NCBI RefSeq assembly: GCF_018350175.1
Contig: NC_058368.1
Location: forward strand, 87,732,001 to 87,796,000
Direction of reading: 5' to 3'
Length of the DNA stretch: 64,000 bases
Source of the DNA: Felis catus
Lineage: Eukaryota
A program made the position numbers and the translations under genes. The notes below the pieces were generated by a model. It saw nothing but the letters and a program-made list of their open reading frames with translations. It ran no database searches and was not told the origin of the DNA. Positions 22,796 to 36,030 of the stretch are shown piece by piece (the stretch's first letter is position 1; each line of letters opens with the position of its first letter).

Positions 22796-22831
22796 CCCCC
22801 CCCCCCCCCATCTTGCATCTCCTGTGCTTTC

Positions 22832-23295
22832 TGAGGTGGGAAACAGAGGCAAAAGGAAAAAAAAAACTAAATCTCCTTACAACTTACAGCCCACTGAGGA
22901 GTCCCTGACTAGGGCGAGTGTAACATTCCTCAAGGAAGACCTAGTTCTCTTCATAATTTGTTGGGGGGACAAGTGGTTATCTGACCGGATCGCAGTCATG
23001 CCTGACCGGAGTCTCCATCAGTTTGTAACTGTCTCAATCATTTACAAGGAAAAAAGCAATCTAATCACTAGCCAAACTTCCAGAAACCTATAGATTCAGT
23101 TTTCCGGGTCCTTGATGTCTTCCTCCCGCTGTAGGGGAGAAAATCTGATAGGATCAGTCACTCCTCACAACCCCCGTGCTGCCTCTGCCCACTGGTGCTG
23201 TCGCCGCCCTCTAATAAAACCACCTTTTGGCACTGATGACGTCTCAAGAATTCTTTCTTGGCGGTCAGCTCTGAACCTCAGCAATTTCTACATTA
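22832..23295 (+). mobile_element. ERV1-type LTR, same family as 24971-25636
   Basis: 3' part TCAGTCAC...AATAAAA(C/T)CACCTTTT...CAAGAAT(T/C)CTTTCTTGGC shared with 25476-25600. Confidence 0.7.
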
Positions 23296-23739
23296 CTTCC
23301 CAAAGCCCTGTGCACAGAGACCCCACCATTTTCAAATCCTCTTGCTCTGCTCTCATCACTTGTGTTTTCTACATTTTACCTGAGGCATGGGAGGGAGGAT
23401 CTTTGACTAAATCTTTGGTCTGGGTAGGATGGAGGGAGGCAGGGCGAAAGAAATGACCCAACACTGGTTTGCCAAACTAGATGGTGTCTCAGTACAGGGA
23501 AGACGGTTCCCCCATCTCCTGAGGAAAGACACATTGACTAGGGTGGACAGGGGTCCCTCTTGGGGAGGCTCACCAGACCAAGAGGTCCACGGATCGAGGA
23601 TGCTCCCCTGACCCAGGAACCGTAGTTGGGGCTTCCAGAGAGATGTCTCTGGGCCCCAGGCTATCCAGATGACTCTTAGGGTTCAGCGGGGACACCTGTA
23701 GCCCCAAAGGATTGTTACTGTCTTTGTCTTTCCTCTAGG

Positions 23740-24420
23740 TGGACAGGAGATCACAACTCTTTGCCTACTGGAAGGCGTGAAACAATGGATCTAAACCCAC
23801 AAATTAACATGGCTAAGGTACACTACAGGCTGCCAGAAAAATCCTTTCTAGAAAGGCTCAGGGATGCTCTAACTACCCGTACCCATTTGGGCCCCGAATC
23901 CGAGGCTGGCCAACTGATTCCTCGCCTGGTCAGCCCCTGACACCAGAAGACAACTTCAGAGGCTCCCCTGCCCAAATGCAGGTGGCCTCTTCCATGTTTT
24001 ATCAGTGGGATTTAGAGGAGGAAGACCAGGATAGAGAAAGAGAAGGGGAAAGGAAGGGCAAGACACCAGCACACTGCCGGCTGCCCTGTGACCTGGCCAC
24101 TTTAGCCTCCGTAGTCTCGGTCCCCTGGAACAATGGCCGCTACTGGAAACTGCTACACTTTAGGGAAACCCAGACACTGGGGACACACATGTGTCCCCTG
24201 AGGGAGAAGCTATCCACTTTGCAAAGCAATGGGACACTGGAGGAGGGACTTCCCCCCAGGACTGCCCCTTCTCCATGGATGGCCCTGCAACAAGGAGACC
24301 CTATGCCCCTTCCAGCTCCTGAGCAGATTACTAGGTGACCCTGGAAGTGGCAGGTAAGACTTCAATTCCTGTTGGATGCGGAGGCCAACTAACTACTGGG
24401 TCCTAACCTCCTCAGGGCCT
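23740..24420 (+). mobile_element. ERV1 gag-pro remnant
   Basis: FLERLRDAL (capsid MHR region), CKAMGHWRRD (zinc-knuckle-like), VTLEVAGK..FLLDAEA (protease). Confidence 0.75.
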
Positions 24421-24624
24421 GTCTCTTCTCGCTGGGGTCTGTGTTGCTCAGCTGTCAGGACTCTGGGAGTATCTTCTCTGTCCATCCCCTGGGTCTGTGT
24501 TGCCCAGTTGTCAGGACTCTGAGAGTATCTCCTCTGTCCAGGAGCGCTCTGATTGCATGGACAGCACTGATTTTCCTGTAGCATTGCTGCTCTTGCTATG
24601 ATACCTCTGCGTCCTTATCTGCTT

Positions 24625-24835
24625 TTTTTTTTTTTATTTTGTTAGAGTTTATTTCTTTTCAGAAGGAGAGAGCACTCAAGCAGGGGAGGGAGAGAGAGAG
24701 AGAGGGAATCCCAAGCAAGCTCCAGACTGTCAGCTCAGAGCCCGACACAGGGCTTGAACTCACAAACTATGAGATCGTGAACTGGGCCAAAACCAAGAGT
24801 CAGAGACTTAACTGACTGAGTCACCCAGGCGCCCC
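24625..24835 (-). mobile_element. CAN-SINE
   Basis: Reverse-complement SINE. Confidence 0.9.
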
Positions 24836-24970
24836 ATCCTTCCCTATTTATTTTCCCAGAGTCTAAGGCATCTCAAGTGCCTAAAATAAGTAGGTAAATT
24901 CTCAGTTTCCACATGGGTGAAACCTCCTCCTTTGCAGTGAAACCCCAACAACCCTCAAGGAGACAAGTAA

Positions 24971-25636
24971 TGGTGAGGGAGCATAGGACAAGCTGACAGG
25001 TTACAAACTCCACTCCCCACCCTCCACCCCCTGGTGGAATGTGTGATATTCCTCAGACACTCCTGGCTGCCCAAGAACAAAGGAAAGGTGTTTTAAAAAT
25101 GAAATTCCCTTACTGCCTACAGCCCATTGAAAAGTCCTTGACATAGGCCAAGTGACCTCCCTCTAGGAACTCAGCTGCCTGTATGAGAACACTTTGCTGG
25201 GGGCAAAAGGGAATCTTGGCTTAACATTATCCTGACACCCCAGGACCCTGTAAGTCTACTTCCTTTATCCCAAGATAGATGCTGGCAATCATACTCCAAG
25301 CTTATGGCCCCCGATATATATCTCAAGGCTCTCATTACTGAGGTTTTATTAAACGGTAATAAATGGTGTTTCCCTAACAACAGCAAGCCCCTCTCAAGGT
25401 CCTGGAAACCTTGCTTCCAAAATTCCTTAGAGACTTACTCTATCCCTGACTGCCTCCCAACTTGAGGGTGTATAATCAGTCACCTCGTCATGACCCCAGT
25501 ACAGCTCTTCCTGCCCACGGGTCCTGACCTTGTGCTTTAATAAAATCACCTTTTTGCACCAAAGATGTCTTCAAGAATCCTTTCTTGGCCATCAGCTCTG
25601 GACCCCACAAACCCCCATCACCCCAAAACTTCATCA
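24971..25636 (+). mobile_element. ERV1-type LTR
   Basis: TATA-like GTATAAT, AATAAA, ends in CATCA; homologous to 22832-23295. Confidence 0.65.
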
Positions 25637-26130
25637 CCGTGGTCTTCCCAAATCACAGGGCCCTAGACCTACTAACTGCAGATGAAGGAGGTACCTGTCT
25701 ATATGTAAAGGAACAGTGTTGTTTTTCCATGTTAACCAGTCAGGCAAAAGTCCAGGAAAACACCCAAAATGTCCTCCGTCCTCCACCAGGCAGACAAAAC
25801 TGAAGAATGGGGCCATTCCCTCAAAGAAGGGAAACCCTTGTTGCTCTCTGTCCTGGGGCCTCAGCTCATCCTTCCAAGTGTCCTGGGCCTAGCCCTTTGC
25901 CCACACCTTCTTAGCCTCCTCTTTCACTCGCTCCCTTCCTGATTCGTCGGACAGTCCCTTGGAGTAACGCTGGACACACATTCCACACTAGAGAGACCAA
26001 TCCTGACAGAAAGCAAGGAACTTTGACTCAGGAGCATCACCCCTTCACAGCAGAAAATAGTCAAACAAACGGCCTCCGCTGCCCCCCTCAAGCCCCTCAG
26101 ATTTCAGGCCAAAAGTCCTTGAGTGGGGAG
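25637..26130 (+). mobile_element. ERV env TM remnant plus polypurine tract
   Basis: NHRALDLLTADEGGTCLYVKEQCCF (ISD plus CX6CC); GAGTGGGGAG before TG at 26131. Confidence 0.8.
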
Positions 26131-26848
26131 TGATGGAGGAGGCAACTACCCAGGTGTGAGCAGGGAACCTGACTTACCAGCTGTTGGAGACCATCAACTA
26201 CCCCACTGCAAGCAGAGCAGAAGTTGGGGACAGCCAGGGAAAGTTCCAGACACTACGCATGCAGTCTCCCCAGTATCTACTGCCCCCAAGTGACCCACAA
26301 CTTCATTGTAATACATCTACATTGCAGCTTCACCCCCACAGGTGTTACATGTCATGTACCCTTCAGGTTGCAGGAGACAGTGACCCCTTCCCCAGTGCCT
26401 CACCCTATGCAACTCTCCCATCTGGCTGTCCCGGAATCAGATCCTTTTATAATAAGCTGATAATCAAGCAAGTACAATGTTTTCTCTGGGTTTGTAAGAG
26501 ATTCTGAAAATCACACCCATCAGGCTGATACGTCCCCCAAACTGGTAGACTTCCTAAACTAAAGACTCTTCCTTATTTATTTCCCTTTGGATTTTTCCAC
26601 TTACTGTCTTCACTTTGGGGTCGAAAAGTGGGGGTAGGGATGAGGATAGGAATATTGATAATTAAACAAATTGCAAGTACTGAGAAAAAGAAAACGGTGG
26701 ATAGGAAACATGGAAACATAAACTGCAGTTACAGTGTGATCTGTGGGAATCATTTTCCAGGATTTCTTAGGGTTTCAGAACAGAACACTTGAAAAGTCAT
26801 CTTTCAACCTGTTTTCCATCGTGATGTGTGTATTTAAAGCTGTATTCA

Positions 26849-27595
26849 GGGGCGCCTGGGTGGCGTAGTCGGTTAAGCGTCCGACTTCAGCCAGGTCACG
26901 ATCTCGCAGTCCGTGAGTTCGAGCCCCGCGTCGGGCTCTGGGCTGATGGCTCAGAGCCTGGAGCCTGTTTCCGTTTCTGTGTCTCCCTCTCTCTCTGCCC
27001 CTCGCCCGTTCATGCTCCGTCTCTCTCTGTCCCAAAAATAAATAAACGCTGAAAAAAAAAAAAATTAAAAAAAAAAAAAAAAAAAGCTGTATTCAGTCTA
27101 AAATACAGCTAAGCTCAATCACTCTTGCAGGTAGTATTTATTTCTTTTTATTACAATGTAAATATTTCTGGAGCATCTGTGTGACTCAGTCGGTCACAGT
27201 TACGCATCCGACTTCAGCTCAGGTCATGATCTCACGGTTCGTGGGATTGAGCCCCGCATCAGGCTCTGTGCTGACAGCTTAGCCTGCTTGGGATTTTCTC
27301 TCTCCCTCTCTCTCTCTGCCCCTCCCTTGCTCATGCTCTCGATGTTGCTCAAAATAAACAAATAAACATTAAAATAAAAACAAAGGGGTACCTGGGTGGT
27401 TCGGTAGGTTAAGTGATTAAGCGTCTGACTTCAGCTCAGGTCATGATCTTGCAGATTGTGGGTTTGAGCCCTTGAGTCGGGCTCTGTGCCGACAGCTCAG
27501 AACCTGGAGCCTGCTTTGGATTCTGTGTCTCGCTCTCTCTCTCTGGCCCTCCCCTGGTCTCACTCTTTCTGTCTCAAAAATAAACATAAAAAAAT
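26849..27595 (+). mobile_element. Three CAN-SINEs (26849-27085 with TSD AAAGCTGTATTCA; 27170-27380; 27384-27595)
   Basis: SINE heads, tails and TSD. Confidence 0.9.
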
Positions 27596-28192
27596 CAATT
27601 TGTCAATAAATTATATTTAAAAATTAAAAAAATTAAGTTTTAGGAGAAAAAAGAAAATCTATAATTCTATATTGCCAGAATTTCAATTAGACTACAATAA
27701 AAGCATGTTTGCTAAATAAATAAATAAATAAATAAATGCTTTTAATACCCCATACAAGTCCATTTTTAACCCAAATGTGACCAGGTTATATCCTATTTAG
27801 TGTCCATATATATCAAATTTATACCTGATTTTGGTTAGTGACTTGAAACCATAGCACACTAGGAATGCAGAACACGACAGTTTAGAATGTTATGAGCCCT
27901 TTCACATGACTAAACAGATGATAAAGATTTCTCATGCGCTCAAATGACAAGTGAGTTCCCTGCTTGTGCTAGCAATGATTATGTTGATCTAGAGTTCCTT
28001 GCACTAGAAAGTAATGTCCTTCTTTCACGTTTTTGATCATTTTACTTTACATTCTACCTTGCTAGAACTTAAGATGTAAACATGGTAGAAAAAATGAGAG
28101 ATACTGGAAATATCTAGACGTGATATATATGGGAGCTACTGCACGCTAAAATGTGTGGGACCAGATAAGCTCTACTTAAAAGGAAATGTGTT

Positions 28193-28640
28193 TTGGGGCT
28201 CCTGGGTGGCTCAGTCGGTTGAACGTCTGACTCCGGCTCAGGTCAGATCTCACAGTTCGTGAGTTCAAGCCCTGCATCGGGCTCTATGATGGAAGCTCGG
28301 AGCCTGGAGCCTGCTTCGGATTCTGTATCTCCCTCTCTCTGTGTCCCTCTCCCGCTCTCTCTTTTCTCTCTCTTTCTCTCAAAAATAAATACACATTTTA
28401 AAAAAGGGGAAATTGTGTTTCTTTAAACTCCTATATTGGGGGGCACCTGGGTGGCTCAATCAGTCAAGCAACCAACTCTTGATTTCGACTCAGGTCATGA
28501 TCTCTTGGTTCATGAGTTCAAACCCCATTCTGGGCTCTGTGCTGACAGTATGGAGCCTGCTTGGGATTCTGTCTCCCTCTCTTTCTGCTCCTCCCCCACT
28601 CTTGCTCTCTCTTTCAAAATAAATGAATAAACTTAAAAAA
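28193..28640 (+). mobile_element. Two tandem CAN-SINEs
   Basis: SINE heads at about 28193 and 28438. Confidence 0.9.
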
Positions 28641-28669
28641 TTAGCTCATATATTTTGGGGTGGGGGGGG

Positions 28670-29080
28670 AGGCTGATTGCATCCAACAAAAAGATAACTG
28701 GAAATGTTGAGGTCCTACCCCTGGAGCCTGTTAATGTGACCTTATTTGGAAGGAAGGTCTTTATGGATGCAATCAGGTTAAGATGAGGTCATACTTGACT
28801 CATGTGGCCCTAAGCCAATGGCTGGTGTCCTTATGAAAGACAGGGAAATTGAGCCACACACCCATGCAGAAAGCCACATGAAGATGGGGACAGATTGGGG
28901 TAATGCGTCTACAAGCCAAGGACTGCCAAGGAGCACTAGCGACCAGGAGAAGAAGCTACATGGAGGCACAGAACGCTCAGAGGGAACCTCAGATTTGGAG
29001 TCCCCAGAACCATGACACAATAAAGGTCTGTTATTACTTCAGGGTGCCCACTTTGTGGTAATTTGTTGTGGACACTGAAT
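28670..29080 (+). mobile_element. MaLR (MLT1-like) LTR
   Basis: TGTGACCTTATTTGGAA...TTAAGATGAGGTCATAC, AAGCCAAGGACTGCC, TTTGTGGTAATTTGTT. Confidence 0.75.
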
Positions 29081-30689
29081 ACACTGTTCAACTCAGTATG
29101 CTGAAGGAAAAACAGAGTAAACCAAAGTAAACATGAAGTAAAAATGTAGATATAAAAGCAGAAATTATTAAGCCAAAAAATAAGAAATAAACTACAAAGC
29201 AAACTCTTTAAATCTATGATTATATTCATCTAATGCAGGGTGAAAGGTTGTATAAGTTCTCCACTTACTGTGATTTTTTTTTAACAAGGAAAAATCAGCA
29301 CTTACATACAGAAGGAAACAGCATTGTAAAGGTCTTGTACTAAAGTGTTAATAAGTCAAGTTATAACCCAAAAATTTTAATTAGAGATTTATGAACACTT
29401 ATGTGTTATTTGAAAGCCTCCTTGAAGTATTCAACAAACTCTACAACACAGAAAGCCAAACTTTGCAGAAGGACACAGAGAGATCACACAGATGGACGGA
29501 CACATATCAGGTGAGCGGAAGTGAGAATTGAAGCAATCACCGGTCTTAGAAAGTGCATAGCCAATACCATGATGTTAACAGACAAAAACGTAGGACAATA
29601 CATTTGTCACCCAGAGGCACAGAAGGACTTCTTCAACAAAACTAAAAAAGTACAGAATTTAAGGCAAAATCAGTGAAATGGAAATTATAGGAGAGTTAAG
29701 AACAACTGTTTTCTTAGTGATACTGTATTTCATATTCGAAAGTTGCTAAGAGGATAGATCTTAAAAATCTTGTGACCATGTGGGGTGGTGGACATTAACC
29801 AGACTTACTGCGGTAATCATTTCACGATATATCCAAGTATCTAACCAAGATACTGTATACCTGAAACTAATGTAATGCTATACGTTGAATGGACCCCAAT
29901 GAGAAAAAACAATAAAGGTCTAAATGTTGTTTGGCAACAACGTGAGAACAGTTTGCACCTTTACTAGACCGACAAGAATAGAAGAGCTGTCAGATGTTAA
30001 GATGAGCAAGGCTGTATGGAGAAGGAGGGAGGGTCGCCTGGGAGGGCACTTCCTCTGGGGGGTCTCTCCCGTAATCTCACATGACTGCAACCTCACCAGA
30101 TGAGTAAAGAAGGTCATTTCCTGGCAGGTGCAGGAACCTCAGGATATCTTTGAGACCTCATGAAGAGGAATTTGCCCAATTCTACAGGTATTGCAGCCTG
30201 TCTGATGGCAAGTATTTGGCTTGGCTTCTGGCCTGGAGAGGCTATTAAAAGTTCAACCCAGAGATTCCTTATAAAAGTTTCCAGCAAAGCAAACTTTAAA
30301 AGATCCTCATGACCAATCGCTATTCTTGCTGAGCTTATGTAAATAATTAGGCCAGATTTGTTAAGACTGGATTTGTTCTACAAATGCATTGGTCTCAATT
30401 TTGCTATCTCTGGAAAGGGTGGGTTTTAGAGAGAACAACTAAATTTCAAGAATGCACAGTTATGGATGTTAAATGCTAGTTATGATTGTCTTTAAATGTT
30501 TGTTGTTTGCCTAAACTAGACAACTTGAGGTAAACTTCAGAAAATTGTTACAGTATTTCATATATAGGCAATCTTCTGTGCTTGTTATACTATGTGGATA
30601 ATAATAAGACCCCGTGGGCATATGATTATTTAAGCAACTGAACAGGATGGATCTCTAAATATGCAAACCATATCTTACCTAAATCTGGT

Positions 30690-32298
30690 CTGACAGTTAC
30701 CAGAAACCCACCCCTTTCAAAGACTTGGAGGTGGACTTTACAGGCACACAACCAAATAGAGGATTCAGTTTCAGGTATCACCCCATGGGTCCATCACTCC
30801 AGAGTTAAGGCCAACTCAGATGAACCCTCAACCTGGCAATGTGATCCAGATCCAGTCAACCCGCTTAAACTGACCCTCAAAAAGACACTGGCTCCTGAGA
30901 TCTCCAGCCCTGCTTCAGCCACGCCCCGGAAGCTGGCTGGCCTGCGCATGACAGAAGCTTGAGGAATCAACATGTGGACCAAGCCCAGGTGTTTGGATGC
31001 AACTCTGCCATCCCTTGCCCCTTACTGGTGCCATAGCCCTGATCTTAATTCTTACTGTTGGGCTGATAGAGAATGCACCAACAAGCTGGACATGGGACAA
31101 AAGATGCATGCTGGGTCTCACATACCTCCTCTGAATGGGAGAATTATTAAGTATTGCCTATATATTATGATAACCTCTCTCACCTTCACAACTGCCTCTT
31201 ACCCACTTTGCCCCCAGGATTGTTATATGACAATAAGGGAGTCAAGGGCATTCAGCGCCTTCACCTCCCTCCACAAAGTTTGCCACAAGGGGAAAACACC
31301 CACTCTGTCAGTCACCTGGTGCCTCAACGATAAGTATTGGACCATAGAGATAACCCAAAATGTCAGGAACCCTTGTCACAACAAGGGCCTCCAGAGAGGG
31401 AAGAGAGCTTGCTACACTTACCTTCCTCAATGGGGGATCTCGGATGGGAGAGAGGTGCACAACAGGTCCCTTCAAACAGTTATGAAGGATACCCAGGATA
31501 GGGTAATACAAGCCATAAAGGTGACCACTCCCCCGGCAGCCTACCAAAGTTTGAACCTTTCAGCCCTCAATCAGATGCTTACCAATTCCCCACTCCAATG
31601 TTGGACTAACACCACTCTACCAGTCCGCCACAAAATAGATAATCACACCCAAACCTGCTGGATGTGCTTCCCCTCACATCCTTTAGCCCCAAGTCCCAGG
31701 CTAAATGGGCAGTCCTGCTACCCATTCTGATAGGAGAGGGAATTGCGACAGGAACAGGAACCAGAATAGGGGGCACGGGTTCATCCATAGGACTATACCA
31801 TAGACTATCTCAAGAGCTAAACGAACGGGTGGAACGGGTGGCAGATTCTCTGGTAACCTTACAAAGCTAAATAAACTCTTGGCGGCAGTGACCCTCCAAA
31901 ATAGGCAAGCCCTCGACCTCCTCACTCCAGAAAAAGGAGGGACTTGTATCTCTCTGGGGAAGGAATGTTGCTATTTCCTAAACCAGTCAGGAATAGTTAC
32001 AACTAAGGTTAGGGAACTCAAGGAACGAATTCAATTTAGACAACAGGAAAGTATCAATGGAAAGGTTGGGATCTCACAGATTGGGCATCCTGGCTTCCTG
32101 CCCTGGCCGGTCCCCTCGTCTCCATAATTTTACTTATATCCATCCGCCCTTGTATACTGAATGCCATGGTACATTTTATTGAAAACACTGTTCCTCGCGA
32201 AACTACTGCACATATCTTAGCCTTCTGAGAGTACCAACCTGTAAAACTGAAAGGTGATGCCTACTAAAAGTTTTTTTAAAAGGCATCAAAGGGGGGAA
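30690..32298 (+). mobile_element. ERV1 pol(IN) remnant plus defective env
   Basis: LEVDFT and PWVHHSRVK (integrase); env TM LQNRQALDLLTPEKGGTCISLGKECCYFLNQSGIV; in-frame TAA at 31868; PPT AAAGGGGGGAA 32288-32298. Confidence 0.88.
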
Positions 32299-32630
32299 TG
32301 TTGGAGAAGTGGATAAAGTACACCAAAGATGGCTGATTGAGCTAAAGCAAACTCTGGACTCTAGCTTAGAGACCCCTCCTTCGGGTTCTTCTTCCTTTGT
32401 TTGCTGCATGTGCAAACCACCAACCACCCCCACACAAATATGGAGGCTGATAACTATAAATTACCCTTCCCACTCACATTCAGGGCTCAGATCTTTGGAG
32501 AAATGGTCTCCTCTGACCCACCGATGTTAAATAAGTCTCCGATCCACCAAGATCTCCGAGTGCCGCTTGGTTTTTCCGCCAGCGTACCAGCCTGGTTCCC
32601 TAACAGACCCAGCCCTGGGAACCCACAGAA
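32299..32630 (+). mobile_element. ERV 3' LTR (end approximate)
   Basis: Starts with TG directly after the PPT; TATAAA and AATAAG-type signals. Confidence 0.65.
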
Positions 32631-33114
32631 GTAGCCCCCTGAGGAAGAAAGGAGACTTGACTCCTGTAAGGAAGGGCAGAAAGTCCTAGAAGGACATGGC
32701 CTCCTAGTTTTTGCATCCTGAAGCCCTAACATCTGAGGCCTTGGGGCCCCAGCAAGGACTGCCCAGGCCATGGCTACCAGTTCCTAAGACAGGAAATAAT
32801 TCACCCAGAGGCGTGCCTTTCATATGTAAACTCACCAACCCAAAGCTCACAGGCCTACCCACTGCCTCCTCTAATCAAGCTGTGCCCAGGCAGGTGCCAG
32901 ACAATGGGAGAGCCCTTCCACCTCACAGCCCACTGAAACACTCAAACTGGCCAACACTCACCTGTCCTGCAGAGATGCACTAAAGGTCTCACCCACAAGA
33001 CCTTTAGTGCAGACCCAGGGCTGCAGGTCCTGCAGACCCAGGGCTTCCCCATGCAGTCATATGCAGCCACATGCCCCTTCCTCTGGGTAACTGAGTGTCA
33101 CAGCACTCTCTAGC

Positions 33115-33290
33115 TCTCTTTTTTATGTTTGTTTGTTTTTGAGACAGAGGGAGACAGAGAATACCAAGCAGGCTCCACGCTGTCAGCACAGAGCCTGATG
33201 TGGGACTCGATGCCACGAATCTTGAGACCATGACCTAAGCCGAAATGAAAAGCAGGTGGCTTAACCAACTGAGTCCCCCAGGCGCCCCCA
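33115..33290 (-). mobile_element. CAN-SINE
   Basis: Reverse-complement SINE. Confidence 0.85.
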
Positions 33291-33419
33291 AAAGCTGTCT
33301 CTCTGATGGTGGTCACCTCAGCATACCTGAATAATAATAGTAAGACCCCTATATTTTAAAATAGCAAAAAATGACCCACAGCAAGAGGCAGTAGAGGCCA
33401 CAGCCGGGCTGCAAGCTCA

Positions 33420-33610
33420 GGATTATGGGTGGATGTTGGGAGGCAGGGGGACACATTACGGGTGGATGTTGGGTGGCCATGGGAGGCAGAAGGGGGAGCA
33501 CATTATGCGTGGATTGTGGGAGGTGGGGGGGACACATTATGGGTGGATGTTGGGTGGCCATGGGAGGCAGAAGGGGGGGCACATTATGGGTGGATGCTAG
33601 GTGGCCATGT
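33420..33610. repeat. G-rich minisatellite (CACATTATGGGTGGATGTTGGG... units of 34-47 bp)
   Basis: About 5 imperfect units. Confidence 0.85.
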
Positions 33611-34049
33611 AGATAGCCAATGCTTATGCAGGAAGGAGGTGTGACCAGGCTCCAGAAGGTTCCAGGGCCCAGTTGCAGGAGGCAGCGAAGCCAGAGGCCA
33701 GGTTATCTATTTTTCTGGGAACAGCAGCAGGCAACTACTTTCTATGATGAGTGGAAGTTGCAAAAAGCATTCAGGTCTCTGACTTCTGAAGTCAAGACCA
33801 GTCATTGGTTGTAGGAAAAAAACAAGCCACTGAAAAAAAGTGAGTATCAACCCACGGAGGCAAGTTGAATTCGGTAATAGTGTATGCTGGTAGCTTTGGG
33901 AAAGAACTGGAGCTTTTCCCTGAAGGAACACGAGATAAATCTGTGTATATCAGAATCACACGCTGTGAAACAAATAGGAACCGACAAACAACAAAATCTG
34001 TGTAACTAACAAGAGAGAACTCATGGGAGTTATGCAGATGGGAACCCAA

Positions 34050-34380
34050 ACCACAGGTGGGGAGGCGAGGTGAGCGAGAAGCCGGGGTGCAGACCGGCGG
34101 TGTGCAGGGGCTCGCGTGGGTACTTGGAATAAGGAAGCTGAAACAGCAGCCAAAGCTCCCGCCACCACCCCCGTCCCCCAGCCCCTGGGAAAAGCATTTC
34201 TTGAGCCCATTCCCACTTTGGAGAAATTACTGGAGGTGGTTCCCTCTCTCAGATACTAGGATGCGTTTGCCGTCCCAGCAGAGGGCTGGCCACGGAGGTC
34301 GGAGACAGCTTGAGGCTGCAGACAGCCCACAGCAGGAGGAGACGAGGCAGAGCCTTGGAGGGGCTGACCCTGGGCAGCCG
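34050..34380 (+). pseudogene. Possible highly decayed H2A relic
   Basis: RQLEAA..EETRQSLGGADPGQ versus [14 protein letters not shown](G/R)VTIAQ with exact EE-LG-Q spacing; upstream QGG(E)AR-like and VLE*..AE-like blocks. Confidence 0.35.
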
Positions 34381-34734
34381 GATTCCAGTGCAGGCCTACC
34401 ACGGATTGGTGGATCCGGAGTTCTGAACGCGAGCCTCCCGTAGCCACCCCCCTCCCACAGTCCCGCTCCCAAGAGAGTCTGAAAAGCTGGCTCTCTCCCA
34501 AGACCGCGAACGGAGAGCCAAGGGCGTCGGGAAACCCCGCACAAAGTCACTTAGTTGGCACTGCTGGTGGCCCTCTGTGGCTATCGTCGGCCCGCGCCGC
34601 CCTCCCCGGGGTCCCCGGGCGGGGCGGGGCGAGCGGGGCGACGACCGCGCACAGGTGGGGGACCGCGGAACCCCCTCCCCCGGCCGCCCTTCCAGCGCGC
34701 TGGGAGGGCCGGGTGGAAGCGGGGGGGTGGGTAC

Positions 34735-35135
34735 AGGGGTGCAGAGGTGCAGGTCACAGGGGGCTGGGGTGGGAGCGCAGAAGTGCAAACGATGCCTGGA
34801 GGTGTAGGGGTGCTGGGCACAAGGGCCGCGGGGATGGAGAACTGCAGAAGGTGCCGGGACGTGCAGAGGTGGGGGAAGACGGGGGGGGGGGGGGGGGAGG
34901 GGCGGGGGGGGCACAGAACTGCAGAAGGTGTCAGGACCTGCAGAGCTGATGGGAGGCGGGGGGGGGGGGCGGGCTGTCACAGAATTGCAGCGGGTGCTGG
35001 GAGGTGTAGAGGTGGGGGGAGGCAGGGGGGCGCACAGAACTGCAGATGGTGCGGGGAGGTGCAGAGGTGTAGCACAGGGGCGCGGGGACGCAATACTGCA
35101 GGCGGTGACGGGATGCGCAGAGGCTGGGGGTGCGG
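34735..35135. repeat. G-rich degenerate tandem repeat (GCAGAGGTG / CACAGAACTGCAG units) within a CpG island
   Basis: Repeated motifs with poly-G runs. Confidence 0.7.
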
Positions 35136-35818
35136 GACCTTCGCCTCAGGGCCCCCTCACGCCCACAGCCGCCTGGGGGGCACCCCTCGGGCACACAGTC
35201 AGTCTCAGGAGGCCCCTGAGATGAACAGGAAGAGCCAAGCCTCTGGTATTTACCAGAACAGCCCATCTGGATTGGTTCAAACAATCCTACCCGGTTGGCT
35301 GAGGCACGTTCTGGAGCTTTCTAAAGCTTCCCTTTCCCAATCGCCTTTGCTGCGCCCTCAGTTTGGTGTCTGAGCTTGGAATCTATTGTGTTTTGTCCAT
35401 GTTTGTGCCTTAACGTTTTCACCCCTGTCTTTGGACATCCTCGCGATTTCCTAGCATGCGGGTGACAATGGCAGTGCGGCTGCCCTGGAGGGGAAGAGGG
35501 GGAACCTTGGAGAAAACCTCATGGCCTGGGGTGTCCCCAGGGCACGGTCCTGTGTGTGAGGCCGGCTGCCTCCCCAGCCCCCAGCCTCCTCCCTACACCC
35601 TTCCATCTGCCCCATCCTCCTTTCCCAACACCCTCGTGCACATCTCTCCAGAGCTCTCCCTTCCCAGATGCAGACCACCTCTCCTGAAAACTCAAAACCT
35701 ATCAAATACATCAAGTATAGGAAAATCGTTCTCATAAAATGTCAAGTTTTGTGTTTTCGGACGTATGTGCGATCCATTTTCTAGATCTCCTCTGTTAAAA
35801 AGTAAACTGAGGCCTCTT

Positions 35819-36030
35819 GGGGCGCTTGGGTGGCTCAGTGGGTTAAGCATCTGACTCAGCTCAGGTCATAATCTCACAGCTCGTGGGTTCCAGGCCTGTG
35901 TGAGGCTCTGTGCTGATGGCTCAGAACCTGGAGCCTGCTTTGGATTCTGTGTGTCTCTCTCTGCCCCTTCCCTGTTCATGCTCTGTCTCTGTCTCTCTCA
36001 AAAATAAATAAACATTAAAAAAGTTTAAAA
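35819..36030 (+). mobile_element. CAN-SINE inside the LTR
   Basis: TSD AAAGTAAACTGAGGCCTCTT. Confidence 0.95.

Noticed and set aside
30972..32127. Functional syncytin gene
   Set aside because: Frameshifts, an in-frame stop and no intact furin site or TM anchor frame
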